Assembly: GCF_036321535.1 (NCBI RefSeq)
Contig: NC_087436.1
Location: forward strand, 22,818,001-22,882,000
DNA: 64,000 bases
Reading direction: 5' to 3'
Source: Camelus dromedarius
Taxonomy: Eukaryota
The notes beneath the pieces were generated by a model, which worked only from the letters and a program-made list of their open reading frames with translations, did not search any database and was not told the origin of the DNA. The translations under genes were made by a program, and so were the position numbers. Shown in pieces: positions 12,864 through 25,045 of the stretch; within the stretch, counting starts at the first letter, position 1, and each line of letters opens with the position of its first letter.

Positions 12864-13656
12864 GAAGTGTGGAATTTAGAGTACACAATGTGTGTGTTTC
12901 AAATGGCATGTCCTGTGAGCTGTCAAGTTTTGTCAAAGCACATGCTTATGGGAATTGGAATGGCCATGCTTCATTGCTTTTTACAGCCTCCATAGATGTA
13001 GCCATTCTTCCTCAGTGACCATTCTAACTTATCTAAGAACAAATTCAGAATAAGATCATCCTCCTTATCATGTAAAGAGCAAGTGAAACAATAGTGGGAA
13101 ATTGGATGGCCAGGTTGTGTTTATCTACAGCTGGGGACTTCACCTTGCTGCCCTTTCCCAGGGAGTAATTCCTTCTAGGGGTACTGCCCGGTCATCTCTG
13201 CCTCCCTCCACAAGATTTGCATCAGACAGGGTCATCTCTTGTTTCTGGCTCCTACATCCTACTCTGTTGTGCCACGTTTGGTGACTTCAACAATAGGGTG
13301 CCCTGCCAGACTGGCTTTTGCTGTTACAGCTGCCCTTTTTCAGGTAGAGACAGAAGGGAGTCAGGGGTGATGTGTTTGTCACAAAACAGAATCTTTGGGG
13401 GAAAAAATTCTTGCTTTACATCTAACCTCATGAAGACAGGTGCCCCACAAATAATCAAGGAAGGAACGAAATTTGAATCACCAGCTAAAAATCCAGGAGA
13501 TGTCTCAGATTGTTGGGGAATCTGAAACAAACAGACTGAGATGATGCAGAGTGGTAAATTGGTAAAAAGGCACAGGGGACTGAATTAGAGCAAGCATCGT
13601 GAGGCAGGGAAGAAAACAAACCAAGTGCACCAAAAAACAAACAGTGCTGTCAACCA

Positions 13657-14222
13657 CTCATTTATTCATTCAATAAACATTGAATGCTTACTACATGCCA
13701 GGCACTATTCTAATTGCTAAGATACAGTAGTGAATAAAACTGACCAAAGTCCCCACCCTTATAAATTACATTAGGTGGGGACAGACAATAAATGAGATAG
13801 ATGAATAAAATATGTAGTTCATTAGATAATGCTAAGTGCTAAGAAGAACACTAAAAGTGGGGGAGAGGGATATAAAATGTAGGAGGAACTGCAGTTGTAG
13901 ATAAGGTGGCCCTGGCAGGTGTTATGGAGATGTTTTTGAGTACAAACTGGAAGAATGTGAGAAGTGATCCCTGCCCCTACCTGGCAGCAGAGGCTTCAGC
14001 CAGAGAGTGGCAAGTGCAAAGGTCCTGAGGTAGAAACTTGCCTGGAGTGTTTGAGGAACAGCAAGGGAGCACATGTGGCTATTCCAGAGAGAGTAAAGAG
14101 GAAGGAAGTAGGGGGTGAGCTCAGAGGGAGAAAAGGATACCATAGCATTAGATCAGAAAGGTCACGGGGAATCACGGGGTGAGAGGAGGACGTTGGCTTC
14201 TGGCCCTGAGTGGAATGGGAAG
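13657..14222 (-). mobile_element. L2 LINE 3' end
   Basis: cattcaataaacattgaatgcttactacatgccaggcactattcta...aagtgcaaaggtcctgagg. Confidence 0.85.
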
Positions 14223-14229
14223 GAAGCCC

Positions 14230-14570
14230 TTGCCAGCCTTTCTCACCCCTCTCAACTTAGACCATCTCATAGGTTGCTCCTTCTGCCTGGAACACTCTTT
14301 CCCCTGTGCTTTGCCTGACCTACATCTGTTCATCCTCAGGTCTGTGTCACTTTCTCAGAGGGGACTTCCCTGATGCCCCATCTAACCTACATTTCCTAGC
14401 ACTGTCTACCAGTCACTTTCTCTACCAGCTGTTTTCCTTCAAAGTGCTAACCACGAACTAGCATTATATGTGTGTTTGTATCTTATCTGTTTCTCTTACC
14501 AGACTATAACCTCCATGAAGCCGAGATGGCTCAGTTTTACTCACTATCGAACACTCTGGGTACTCAAGTA
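14230..14570 (+). mobile_element. L2 fragment
   Basis: ccttctgcctggaacactcttt...ttccctga...ccagactataacctccatgaag. Confidence 0.65.
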
Positions 14571-17500
14571 ATTAGCCTGAAAATTATTAATGTGTTTTCC
14601 TCTCTTGTGTTTCTGTGTACATGACTTTCTCCCTAGCTGGCCGCGGGCATCCAACTGCCTGCTGGGAGTAGGGAGAAGACATTAAGGTTATTACATTAGA
14701 AACGGAGAGAGAACTAAGGAATTCACTTTCATTTTCTCACGTTCAAAATAAGAGTTTTTGCAGTAAGGCAATAGGATTGAAGACAGCTAGTATTTTCTAA
14801 ATCCTTCAGGAAACCAAGAATCAAGCATTTAGGATTTAAATCACTGCTTCCCCAGTAGAGAAAGCAATTATGGAGTCACAGAAATCTTGTCTAGAAAAGA
14901 AGGAAACAGCCCAACTGGTGCTTGTCTGGTTCATAGGGATCTGGGGATGGGATGTAGGAGCAGGTGGAGGCAAGAGAGTCTACAAAAAGGTGAGAACCAA
15001 GGCAGGGCCAAGGCAGCTGGAAAGATGGTTAGGCCTGCCCACACTGATTAAAAAAACAGGCCAGCATATACCAGTCTCAGGGTGCAGGAGCACACACCTA
15101 AATGGTGTGTTAGCCCTCGGTGGGTGCAAGGCCAGGGAGCATCCCCTGCCAAGACATTCTTTACTTGCTTTATAAACAATATAAAACATTGTCTATGTGG
15201 ATGGATGGGTGGGAAACATGGATGTATAATTACATAGATAGACATAGATAAAGCTTTTGTATGTCACTGTTTGATATAAAGTATTATATATGTGTATTGT
15301 AAGTGTTGTATTTATCGCTACTGTATTTATTATTTATAACGCACCTAAGGGTGCAAGCATGACATCTCCTCTCACTTGTCAAGCTATATCACCCCATCAA
15401 ACACACAAATGCCCTCTTGCACAGGAGCTATATGGAAATATATGGAAATGTGCATTTTTTAAAATTTTGTTTTAGATGTGAGTACCATCTAAAAGGGCTG
15501 TTTAAATGATTGCATCGTACAAAGTTTAGGCTTATGAGAAAAAAGCTGACCACTTATTGCCAAATTAAATAAGCTACGTTTTCTTTCCACATCTGAGTGA
15601 AAAAAAATCTGCAAGTTTGCTGCATGAAGGGGCCCTTGGGAATCCTTAAGACCCTGTGGGAAGCACATATTTGCACTGCTGATAGGTAACAATTGCCTAG
15701 GGGAGAATTTGAGAGTTGAAGCATCTTGAGGCCAGGAATAATGAAGAAAATTATGTATACAGGCAACTATAGACAATCCACAGTTTAAAGAAAGGAAGGG
15801 GAGGGGAAGCAAGGCTTGTTCTCTTTGAAAAGACTGAGCCTCTTTCAAGAAAAGGAAGCCTTGTTCCAATAACTTGGGCCTAGGGCGTATTTCAAAAATT
15901 ATGATTTGGAGAAAGAGATCTGACTCCATATCTATATTTACCCCAGGAAGTTTTCCAGAGCTGACAAACATGAAGCAAAGGTTGGCTGGAGAAGTCCACA
16001 AAGACAGAGAGCAGGGGCATTCTGGTCTCCAGGAGGTGAACTCAGCAGTCATTCTTTTCCCTTCTGAGTCACAGAATCAAGGCCAAAGAGAACATGGAGA
16101 TGAATTCAGGTTTGGAGATGGCACCCCATGTAGCCTGCTGTCTTTGAGCAGGGGCTACGTCTCACCCTCAGCTAAGCAAAATTCCCTGAGACTCACCTTT
16201 GTTCAGTGGAAGCTCTCCTTGCCCACCTGGCCAGGGTCCCTGAGGGCCAGTATTGGGAACTCAGTTTCCTTGGGTCTAAGATCTGTCCCTAGACAGAGTA
16301 CGTGACCAATCCCCAGGATCACCCAGCCACCCTCGGAAGACCTAGGGGCTGGGTCAAATCAGAAAGTAGATTCAAAGCAAAGATTTAGCTCTTGTGCTTT
16401 GAGAAAAGGGAGAGGTGATCCCTAAATAAGAGTAAATATCCTGTGAGAGTGGAGAAGTCTTATTAGAGGGGGACTGTAACTAGGTAGAATATTTTTTAAA
16501 TACCTTCCAGCTTAGACTTATTTATTGGCCAACTCATCTTTCTCCTCCACTCCCCGTCCTCCAGTATGGCTAAGGTATTAGGAGCCCAAAGCCCTCCTTT
16601 CCTGGCCCAAGGGTATTCAAGAGAGTTCCTGGGAGAATCGAAAAGAGAAACAAAAATTAGCTTCTTTCAGCATCAAGGGATTGTAGTTTACTACACTCTT
16701 TTAAGAAGGGGCTTGAGGGAGGAGAGGCAAGGGATGGGATGTGTGTCTAAATCTGTCTTCTTCAGACATTACTCTGAGTTGAGGGAAATGTAATAGATAA
16801 GCCTATGGGAAGGCTGAAGTAGAGAACTTGGCTGCTCTTCACATGTAGGATTCTGGAAGCAGAGTGCCTTGCATCTCTGCAGCAGTACAGAGTGGAGTGG
16901 GGGTCAATCTGGTGGAGGGAAGGCAGAATTTTAGCTGTCTCAGGTAAGATGAGACCCGGTCCAATAAATAAGTTGTTGGACACTTCAGTCCTTTAGTCAA
17001 TTTCTTTTCTTTCCAAAACAATCAACACAGGGACCTGCATCTAAGTGCTTAAGAAGCCCATGTGTAGATTGACATTCAGATCCAGCTAAATCCTGGAGAA
17101 GTCAATATAGGAAAGACTCTGAGATGCTAGGTACCTTTCCTTAGGGTCAGCTCTAATAGATCTAGGAGAGAACAGGTCAATATTCAGTCTTCTTATGATC
17201 AGGTGGAGGCTTTCCACAGACTACCTCCCCATTCTCACTCTTTCCACTTTCAACCGCTTCTCACTGCTGATTATAAAAATGCTGGGTCTGTCTGTATAAA
17301 TATAGCCCCCATTGCTATGACATGAGTAACGTACCACTTATGCCCAATTACCATGCAGCACAATCACAATTATACACATCATTAAATATATGCCAGATTA
17401 ACTTTGCTCCATCTTTTATTTAAACACTGAATTCTCTTTGGATGAGCATGGTCTTCATATTTGTAGATCACGTCACATGGACATTTGATGACAGCAAAAA

Positions 17501-18521
17501 AAAAAAAAAAAAATTAGAGAGAACATTTGTATGCAAAAGAGAAAGCGTCATTGAGTCAGTAAGAACCGTGCATGAGTGGTTGCCGGTCTCCAGTCAAAGA
17601 AACAAACAAAAAGCAGAGCCGCAGGGTATTTATAAAGAGGTCAAATCAAGACTATCAAATAGATGAATTTCAAAAAAAATGGTTAAGCTTGCAGAATTCA
17701 TTTATTATTAGTTATATACAGATGAAAAAATTAAATTGTTCAGGTCACTCAATTTTGGCACCTAATCACAATTATAGGAAGATTATGCAGATTCTGTTTT
17801 CCTTCTTTCATGTGAAAGTTTATAGGCAACTTTAGAGCCTCACACGCTGAAGTACTGACAATTGCCAAAGACATTTGTCACTTTTCCTTTTCATTCTTGG
17901 TGAAATGGAATGTGAATCCACCTGCCCTTCAGGGGCACCCAGTGACTTAAGATACCACAGGTAGAAATTCAGTGACAGATCATGTGCTAATAGTTGAATA
18001 CCCAAGAGGATGTCATCGAGTGGTTAGTTACTAGTACATGATAACATCTCTAGCATGAAAAGATTTTGGTTAAATTGGTAAAATTGTGTACTTTAGAAAG
18101 GCTGAGTGGGTGAGGGGCACTTCTATCTCATATTACCTTTTCAAAAAACAGTAAATATAGAGAAGTTCACCATAGTGTTCTCTTGAATATCCCAAACCAT
18201 GAAATTACGGACCTTACCTTATTTATAGAAATAATGAATTTATAGCAACCTGATATAAACTTCTACATTTATTACCTTGGGAATTGCAGTACTTGAGAAA
18301 AGTCCACAGAAAAAAGAATAAAAAAATAACACCCTAGTTGCGGGGCGGGGGGGGGGGTGTTTGAAAAGAAAAAGAAGAAAATAATCTTTAAAAAAAATAG
18401 TATGTGCTCTGCTGATACGCTTAATCTACCGTACAAATGCGCGATTTGCCGATTCTGTGCTGAATCTTTTTAGGGAAAGTTCAAATGGGAGGTATGGCAC
18501 CAAACAGAGAACGAAGGACAT

Positions 18522-19191
18522 TGTAAGACAGCAGAGTCCCAGGATCCATTGTGGATTTTTTTTTTTTAATTTTTAAAAATTGGGCGTGGAGGGTAGAGGG
18601 ATCGTTATGTTTATTTATTTTAATTTAATTTTATTTTTGATAGAAGAGCTGGGCATTGAGCCCAGGACCTCCTGCCTGCTAAGCACACACTACCCCTGAG
18701 CTATATACCCTCCCTCTCATTGTGGACTTTCTTACACCTATTCAGAAACTATTTCCAATCCCCCTTCTCCGTTTTCTGTCACTCACTGTAAGGGACAACC
18801 GATTACTCATTTTTTTCCAACTGGAGCAGTCTTATAACCCAGTTCTGGCCAGTGAGATGGAAGGGGGGAGGCTGCTGAGGAGGTTTCTCCCTCCGCGGCC
18901 GAGAGAGTGGGGGTGAGCTCTCAGCGCCCCCTCCCCGCCCCGCCGCTCGGCCCTGAACCTGGGGGTGAGGGCAGAGGCTGCTGGGAGCCACCTCGGTCCT
19001 CTGACAGCCGTGTGGATGGGACCGTGACATCGCAGGGACCCAGCCCAAAGTCCGGACTTGGTGAGCCGCTGGAAGAAGGTCAGCAACAGCCAACGTCCGG
19101 ATTTCGTGTGACGTGGGAAAAACCGTCTCCTCCTGTGGAAACAACTGTCAGACGGCTTGTTATTTAGAGCGCAGTGCATTCTAAATAGACA
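18522..19191 (+). mobile_element. ERVL LTR16-like solo LTR, interrupted by a SINE, CpG-rich in its 3' half
   Basis: acccagttctggccagtgagatg core; 3' end tgagccgctg...cagccaacgtccggatt...tgggaaaaa...gcattctaaatagaca resembles LTR16-family termini. Confidence 0.6.
18556..18717 (-). mobile_element. vic-1-like tRNA SINE with 9-bp TSD
   Basis: Reverse complement reads gggagggtatatagctcagggg...ggtcctgggctcaatgcccag; TSD cattgtgga at 18547-18555 and 18718-18726; poly(T) at the left end. Confidence 0.85.
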
Positions 19192-19700
19192 CGCAATGAT
19201 CCGAGATACCTGTGAATTTAAAGGGGAAAGACAAACTGGATGGCAGCAGAGGTGACAGCGCGGCCCAGGCAAGGTGTTCTGCTTTGCTGGCGCGGCCGGG
19301 CTTCGGTTCCCAGGAAGGAGCAGCAGAGCTCGCCTCTGAGCTGTGCGGCCCCGACTTTCTGGCCAGTTGAGCACGCCGGGTACGGGATTTCCTTGTGCTT
19401 TGTCATACCAAGTGGAGATTTTCCGGCTCAGGAGTAATTAGTGCTAATTAATCTGCCTTCTCTTTCTCCCGGGGCTTCACGCGGCATAAGGATGGGACAG
19501 CAGCTAGAGAGCTCCGGCCGTCAGCTACCGCGCCTTTAAAGGTGACAAGGACACAGCCACTGCCTGCGGCCATCCGCAAGCAAAAAGGAAACAAATCTCC
19601 CCAAATCCCATCAAATTGTGTTGTGGGGGTGGCGGAAGGTGAAAGCGTCCTTTACTGAAATACGAGCGGCTTTAAACAGTTGCGAAAGGACACGGTCCTA
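18890..19700. promoter_or_regulatory. Orphan CpG island, candidate distal promoter or enhancer
   Basis: About 50 CpGs in about 810 bp by hand count, against a CpG-depleted background; GC box ccccgcccc near 18933. Confidence 0.7.
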
Positions 19701-20887
19701 GCAGAGAAAACCCAATAAACAAGGCAGTATTTGTGAGAAAATAAATTTCACCTTGAAAAGTGTATGGGATATTTATACAGTCAAATGACTCTTTTCTTTG
19801 CAAAACGTATCACTCTTGAACTCCTTTAAACATTACATCCCCTTGGCAATGAAGGAAGAGCTATGAAATTCGTCATGTAAACTGGTGAGAAATAATGCTG
19901 ATCAAAGTTTAATTAGAAATGGAGACAGAGAACGTCGCAAATTCCAATGTGAGAAAGTGAGGCAATATTTACTGATTTATTCTCTGAGGAAATATGGATT
20001 GGCTGTCTGCCATCTGGTGCCGCACAGTCCAGATATGGTGCCTGTCCTGCTGCAGGGTATGGTCCCATATGGAAGAGAGACTTTTATCATATAAGAGATC
20101 TTAATATGTAATTATCCATCACCTTCCTGTACATGGATGTGGATTTCTATACATATATTCCTCTGAAAGAAAGGAACATGGTGCAAAGGGAGAAAAAAAA
20201 TTTCGAAGGTACTAATTTAGAGGAAAAATAAGGTTTCCTGGAGGAAGTGGCATTGAACCTGGAAAATGACTAGGTGTTAGTCAGAGGAAGAGCAGGGACA
20301 GCATTCTAGATAGGAATACTCAACTTGGCAGGAATACTTTGGTCTGCAAAAATATCTAATTGAATTTGAAAAAAAAATTAAACTTGAAGCTAAGAAACAG
20401 TTGGAGAACCGCAACTAACATCCACATGAATGCAACCTGCCCTGGCTTTTATCAGTTCAAGTTCAAAGCTTTGTCTGCACCACCGTTCTCTTGCCATCTG
20501 CACCCTCCCCGTCCCCCTCTCAGGGCCAGGAACTCATCTTCTTTAGGCTAAAGATGGTAGGTGAATGACAAGGGGGCCTCTCTGCTGATAATTTGAAGCA
20601 GTTGAGAAGTGGCTCCGCTCTTTTGCCCTAAAATTCCCCAAGAACTTGTCCTTTCTGACACATTTCTCACATGGAAGAAAAACATAAAGAGAATGTAAGA
20701 GAAAATTAACTTCTTTGAATCTGAAATACAAAGATTGATCTTTTACTACTCATTTAAGAAATTAGCGTTTTTAACCTTGATACAGCTTTGAATCTCAAAT
20801 TACGATAGAAAACCCTCCAATATGTTGGCACTGTGAGTTCAGCTCTGGAGAAAATAGCATGTACATGGGCTCACTTATGCCCCTCCC

Positions 20888-20890
<3 letters not shown>

Positions 20891-20944
<54 letters not shown>
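20891..20944. repeat. (CA)27 microsatellite
   Basis: Pure CA run. Confidence 0.97.
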
Positions 20945-20950
<6 letters not shown>

Positions 20951-21864
20951 ACAACAGACTCTGAGAAAATATTCTAAGGTTCAGCCTTAATTCTCCTCAA
21001 ATAAAATTCCATTTCAGACACCTCCACAAAAAGAATTTCTACAACCCTCTTTTTAATGTGTTAAAAACTCGAGAATTAATGAAACCTAAAGATTTTTAGT
21101 TTACTTCCTTCTAATCAAATGACCAGATTTGTCAGTTCTATAGATATTTGGGGACAAAATATTGCAGTTTAATTTGAAAGTCTACATTGTGATTTCCCCC
21201 TAAACCTTTACTTATCATATCTTCTCTTTATTTCTTATTTATGCAGCACCATAACAGTGTGGGATTCTTTATGATAAACAGAACATAAAAGTAAACAAAA
21301 ATAAACGAACAAAAAGCCCTTTGCTTTAAAGGAATTATCAGCAGGCCCCTCTTGATCTCCCCAAGTTATCAGTTAGATTTGCCAAACAGTTGAGATGATA
21401 AAGCACCGAGGCTCTTAATTTATTCTGTTCCATTAATTTTCTTCTACAATGTCAAAGAAAACAGAACAAGAACTGAGTGTGAGAAATAACAGACCCAAGA
21501 AAGAGAATGTCAGGGCATGCATCTAGATTGCAGAAATTCTCTTAAAGAAAAATTGGCTTTTTAGGAGAGTTTGACATTCCAGGACAGTGCAATGCCCTAT
21601 GCCATAGTTTCTGCCCTGATTTTAAGACACATTTGAAGCTGTATCATGGGTGGGGAGGAGGTTGAGCTTAAGGTTACATGCCCACACCAGTGTACCTGCT
21701 CTGTAAATCTCCCATGTGGCCAGACCCTACTATCCTCAGTAGAAACATGGACCTGGATGTAGGGCGCATCAGAACGGATCAGCAAAGAGCCAAGACTGGA
21801 TTTTCCCATCTCTACAGTGGATTAACTGCAGAGAATTAGAAACACATTTTAAGAGAGCATTGTA

Positions 21865-22142
21865 TCCCTTCACCCCCCACCCTGGGGCAACCATAATTTG
21901 GGAGTTTAGGATTTGCAGATACTAGCTATTGTATAGAGAATAGGTAAATAACAAGGTCCTACTATATAGCACAGGGAACCATATACAATACCTTGCAATG
22001 GCCTGTAATGAAAAAGAATATGAAAAGAAATATATATATATATAACTGAATCACTATGCTGTACACCAGAAATTAACACAACATTGTAAATTGACTATAC
22101 TTCAATAAAAATTAAATATGTACAAAAATTACATAAATAAAA
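21865..22142 (+). mobile_element. Short L1 3' end with inverted 5' segment and TSD
   Basis: TSD aagagagc(a/c)ttgta at 21851-21864 and 22143-22156; 21865-21895 is antisense L1 3'UTR. Confidence 0.9.
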
Positions 22143-22899
22143 AAGAGAGCCTTGTAATAATCCTGTTTACAGGATTGTGCACTATGTAAGTCCAGGATAC
22201 TTTCTCTTTTGTGATATTCTTAACTTCAGATATAACTATGTATTTTTACTGAAGATATTGTGGAATTAAATTTTTCATATCTTGAATTTTTTTATTAATC
22301 CTTGACTTCAGATGAAACCAGCAGATGTGAGCATGTTTAGTAGAGAACACTTGAAAGGCTAAGTAGTTCTGAGCTAGCGACATAAAATCTTAATAATACA
22401 AGGCACTGAATGAGCTATTCTGCTTGTTATCAGAATAAAAGGTGAGGAAATAGTTATAAAATAGATTCCTTGAAGATGCTAAAAATCTAACCATAGTCTT
22501 GTGTGATGAAGGTCCTTTTTCATCAGCTATCTACTTGCTCTGTGCTTTACTGTTAAATTGAGTGTTAAAACTGTAGTTTGTGAGTAAATGTAAACAAAGC
22601 AGTTCTCCCAATGACTGAGTGGGAAAGTTAGTCTAATTCTGAGGTTCGGTATTCCAAAGTCCATTTTTGAATGGACCAAGCCACGTACTCAAAATAGCTC
22701 TCCCAGTAATAGAACTGACATGCTGAGTGGGATCGCCTTGACTCCTTTGCTCGATCTCTCAGCTGGTACCGAGTTCTAGCGGGGAACAGAGTTTCCATAT
22801 GGTAGGCACTCTTAAACTCCAGCAGTGATTAATGCCAAAGGATCGTAGAAATAATGTAGACTCTGAGTTTTTCTTGGATATTATAACTACTGGTAACAC

Positions 22900-23150
22900 A
22901 CTCTCTTTCACTCTACTTTAGTTTCTTACCACTTTCTACTATCTGAAATTATCTTGTTAATGGATTCTTGGTGGTTTCTTTACTTGGTAATTTATTTACT
23001 TGATAATGATCTCTCTCCTCTCACTGGGACTCAAGACCCATGAAAGCAGAAACTTTTTTGTCCTCTTTTTGCCATGTTGTCCCCAGCCCAGCCCAAGAAC
23101 AGTACTTGGCAAAATAATAGGGACCCAATCAATTCTGCTGCGTGGAGAGA
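22900..23150 (+). mobile_element. L2 3' fragment
   Basis: cactgggactcaagacccatgaaagcagaaac...cccagcccaagaacagtacttggca. Confidence 0.6.
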
Positions 23151-23749
23151 TTAAGCCATTTCCTAGGGTCGCACAGCTAATATATTCAGTCCCAGCAATC
23201 TGACTACACTAAACTTTACTGCCTGAAGACTCTGTTTTCACTCAAGAAAACTCTTATCAGGTGATTGAAAAGGATTTGGGGCTACAGCGCTCCCTCTTGC
23301 TAAAGCTCCATTTCAGAAATATTGCTTATAACTACTCCATTTAGGGGTATAAAAAGTTTCTTTTTTTTCTCTTATAGGGCCCCAGGTAGCCACTGAGACA
23401 ACTTAGATGACAGACTTCAGGCTGAAAAGGTTGCCCTTAGTGGAGCTGTTTTATCTTCGAGATTTAGTCCCAGATCCTCTGGTCTGGATTTGCCTCTCTG
23501 GTGCGGGATTTTGCTGCAGTAAGAAGACAGAAAAGGCAGCCATCAACATTCTCCATTTTCTCTCCCCCCCGCCCCAAATCTACAGCCTCTTTCAGCTTAC
23601 AGGCTGCTTTCAGGATACGATAGGGACCCCTGAGCCACATATGGGTCATGAACTTTCCAGCCAATACTGTCCGATTCCTTGCCACCTCACCACTCCACCA
23701 AGTCAGTAGCCCATGCTCTGCTCTGCAACTTTCTGCAGTTCACTCGTGA

Positions 23750-24212
23750 TTCTAGGGTTAAGACCAGTTGCAAGTAACAGAAAGTCTCAAAATAAGAGTG
23801 GCTTAAACGAAATGTATTTCTCTCTTAAGCAAAGAAGGGAGATAAGAGCTTTTATGACACTCCACAGTAATGACACTTGGATCTCTACATCTTGTTGCTC
23901 TGTTGTGCTTGGTCCCGATCTTGTGTTCTAGATGGCATAATCTGCATTACAGACAAGGGGTTGGGGAAAGGGACACAGAAGGAGATGCTCAAACAGTATA
24001 GGCTAGCTGTTTCTTACAGAAGGGAACCAGGAGCTGTCTCAGACGCTTCCATGGAAATTCTTGTGCCCGGGATTTAGTCAGATGGCCACAGCTCGCTGCC
24101 AGAGAGGGTAGAAAAAGCCACTTTATGCTGGGCTGCATGTGCCCAGATGACAATCATTTTATTATTGAAGAATGTGGAAATGGACACTGGAGTCAGCTAG
24201 CGTTCTGCCACA
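23750..24212 (-). mobile_element. Old MaLR LTR (MLT1J/K-like)
   Basis: gttgcaagtaacagaaa...gtggcttaaac; ends aatggacactggagtcagctagcgttctgccaca. Confidence 0.7.
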
Positions 24213-24879
24213 GAAACCACTCCAAAATTGAATGCTCGGTAAGAAAAGGGAATTGTTGAAGACCATTATAGCAGCAATATAAAACTTGATGTCATCCAGT
24301 CAAGTGCAATTCAGTTCAGTTTTTTTTACAGTTATGTGTAAATTGTATTTAATATAGGATGTGGATACAATTTAGTAAGTTTGATTTAAGGTGGAGTAGA
24401 TCCTGAAAGTCAGCACCTAACCCAGTGCTCAGAGAATGTCTTAAAGCAGCCCTGAGGGGTGCATGGAAACAGATTAATTGAAGGAAGAGAAGATTCAAGT
24501 CTCTCACAGCCTGCTACTCACTGGCAAGCGGTGGGAACTCCTATTGCCTCCACCCCATCCCACCCATCTCCCCAAACACATTTTACTGGATTCATCCATA
24601 AGGGGATTCCACTATAAGGGTCAATCTTCATATAGGTCACCACAAGGAAGAGAATCTCAAGAGACATCATTGTTGGTGGCAAGAGCACTTCAAAATAGAA
24701 GAAGATCTAGGGTTGAGTCCTGGTTCTGCTACTTCGTGGGAACACCCCTCCCCCAGGACCACACTAGATGGGCTGGGAGGAAGGAGGAGTCTTCCTCCTG
24801 TCAGCCTGCCCTCCACGTAGCAGCCTCTGCAGGCTTGTGTTGGAGGCTCTTCCTCCTTGCTTCCCTACATGGACTGTGT

Positions 24880-25045
24880 GTGTACTTACCATAGTGTTTA
24901 CACAACCAGATTGAAATTATATTTTTGCTCTTATGTTCCTCCAGAAAACTGTTTTTTTTCTTGAAGAAGGGTCATGTCTTATTCTTTGTATTCTCAGCTT
25001 CTAGCCCAGTGGTTAGTACATAATATCCAGTAATAAGTGTTATGG
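24880..25045 (+). mobile_element. L2 3' end
   Basis: catgtcttattctttgtattctcagcttctagcccagtggttagtacataatatccagtaataagtg. Confidence 0.55.

Noticed and set aside
13657..14570. Adjacent oppositely oriented L2 fragments as a hairpin or miRNA source
   Set aside because: Too diverged to show extended complementarity by eye; not the tail-to-tail layout known from the miR-28 family.
15489..16305. 187-aa and 143-aa ORFs
   Set aside because: No recognisable homology or exon structure; consistent with chance ORFs.
18803..19437. ORFs across the orphan CpG island
   Set aside because: GC-driven open frames, partly within an LTR; no recognisable protein.
23285..23303. CTCF-like sequence
   Set aside because: Mismatches at the key 5' CC positions of the core.
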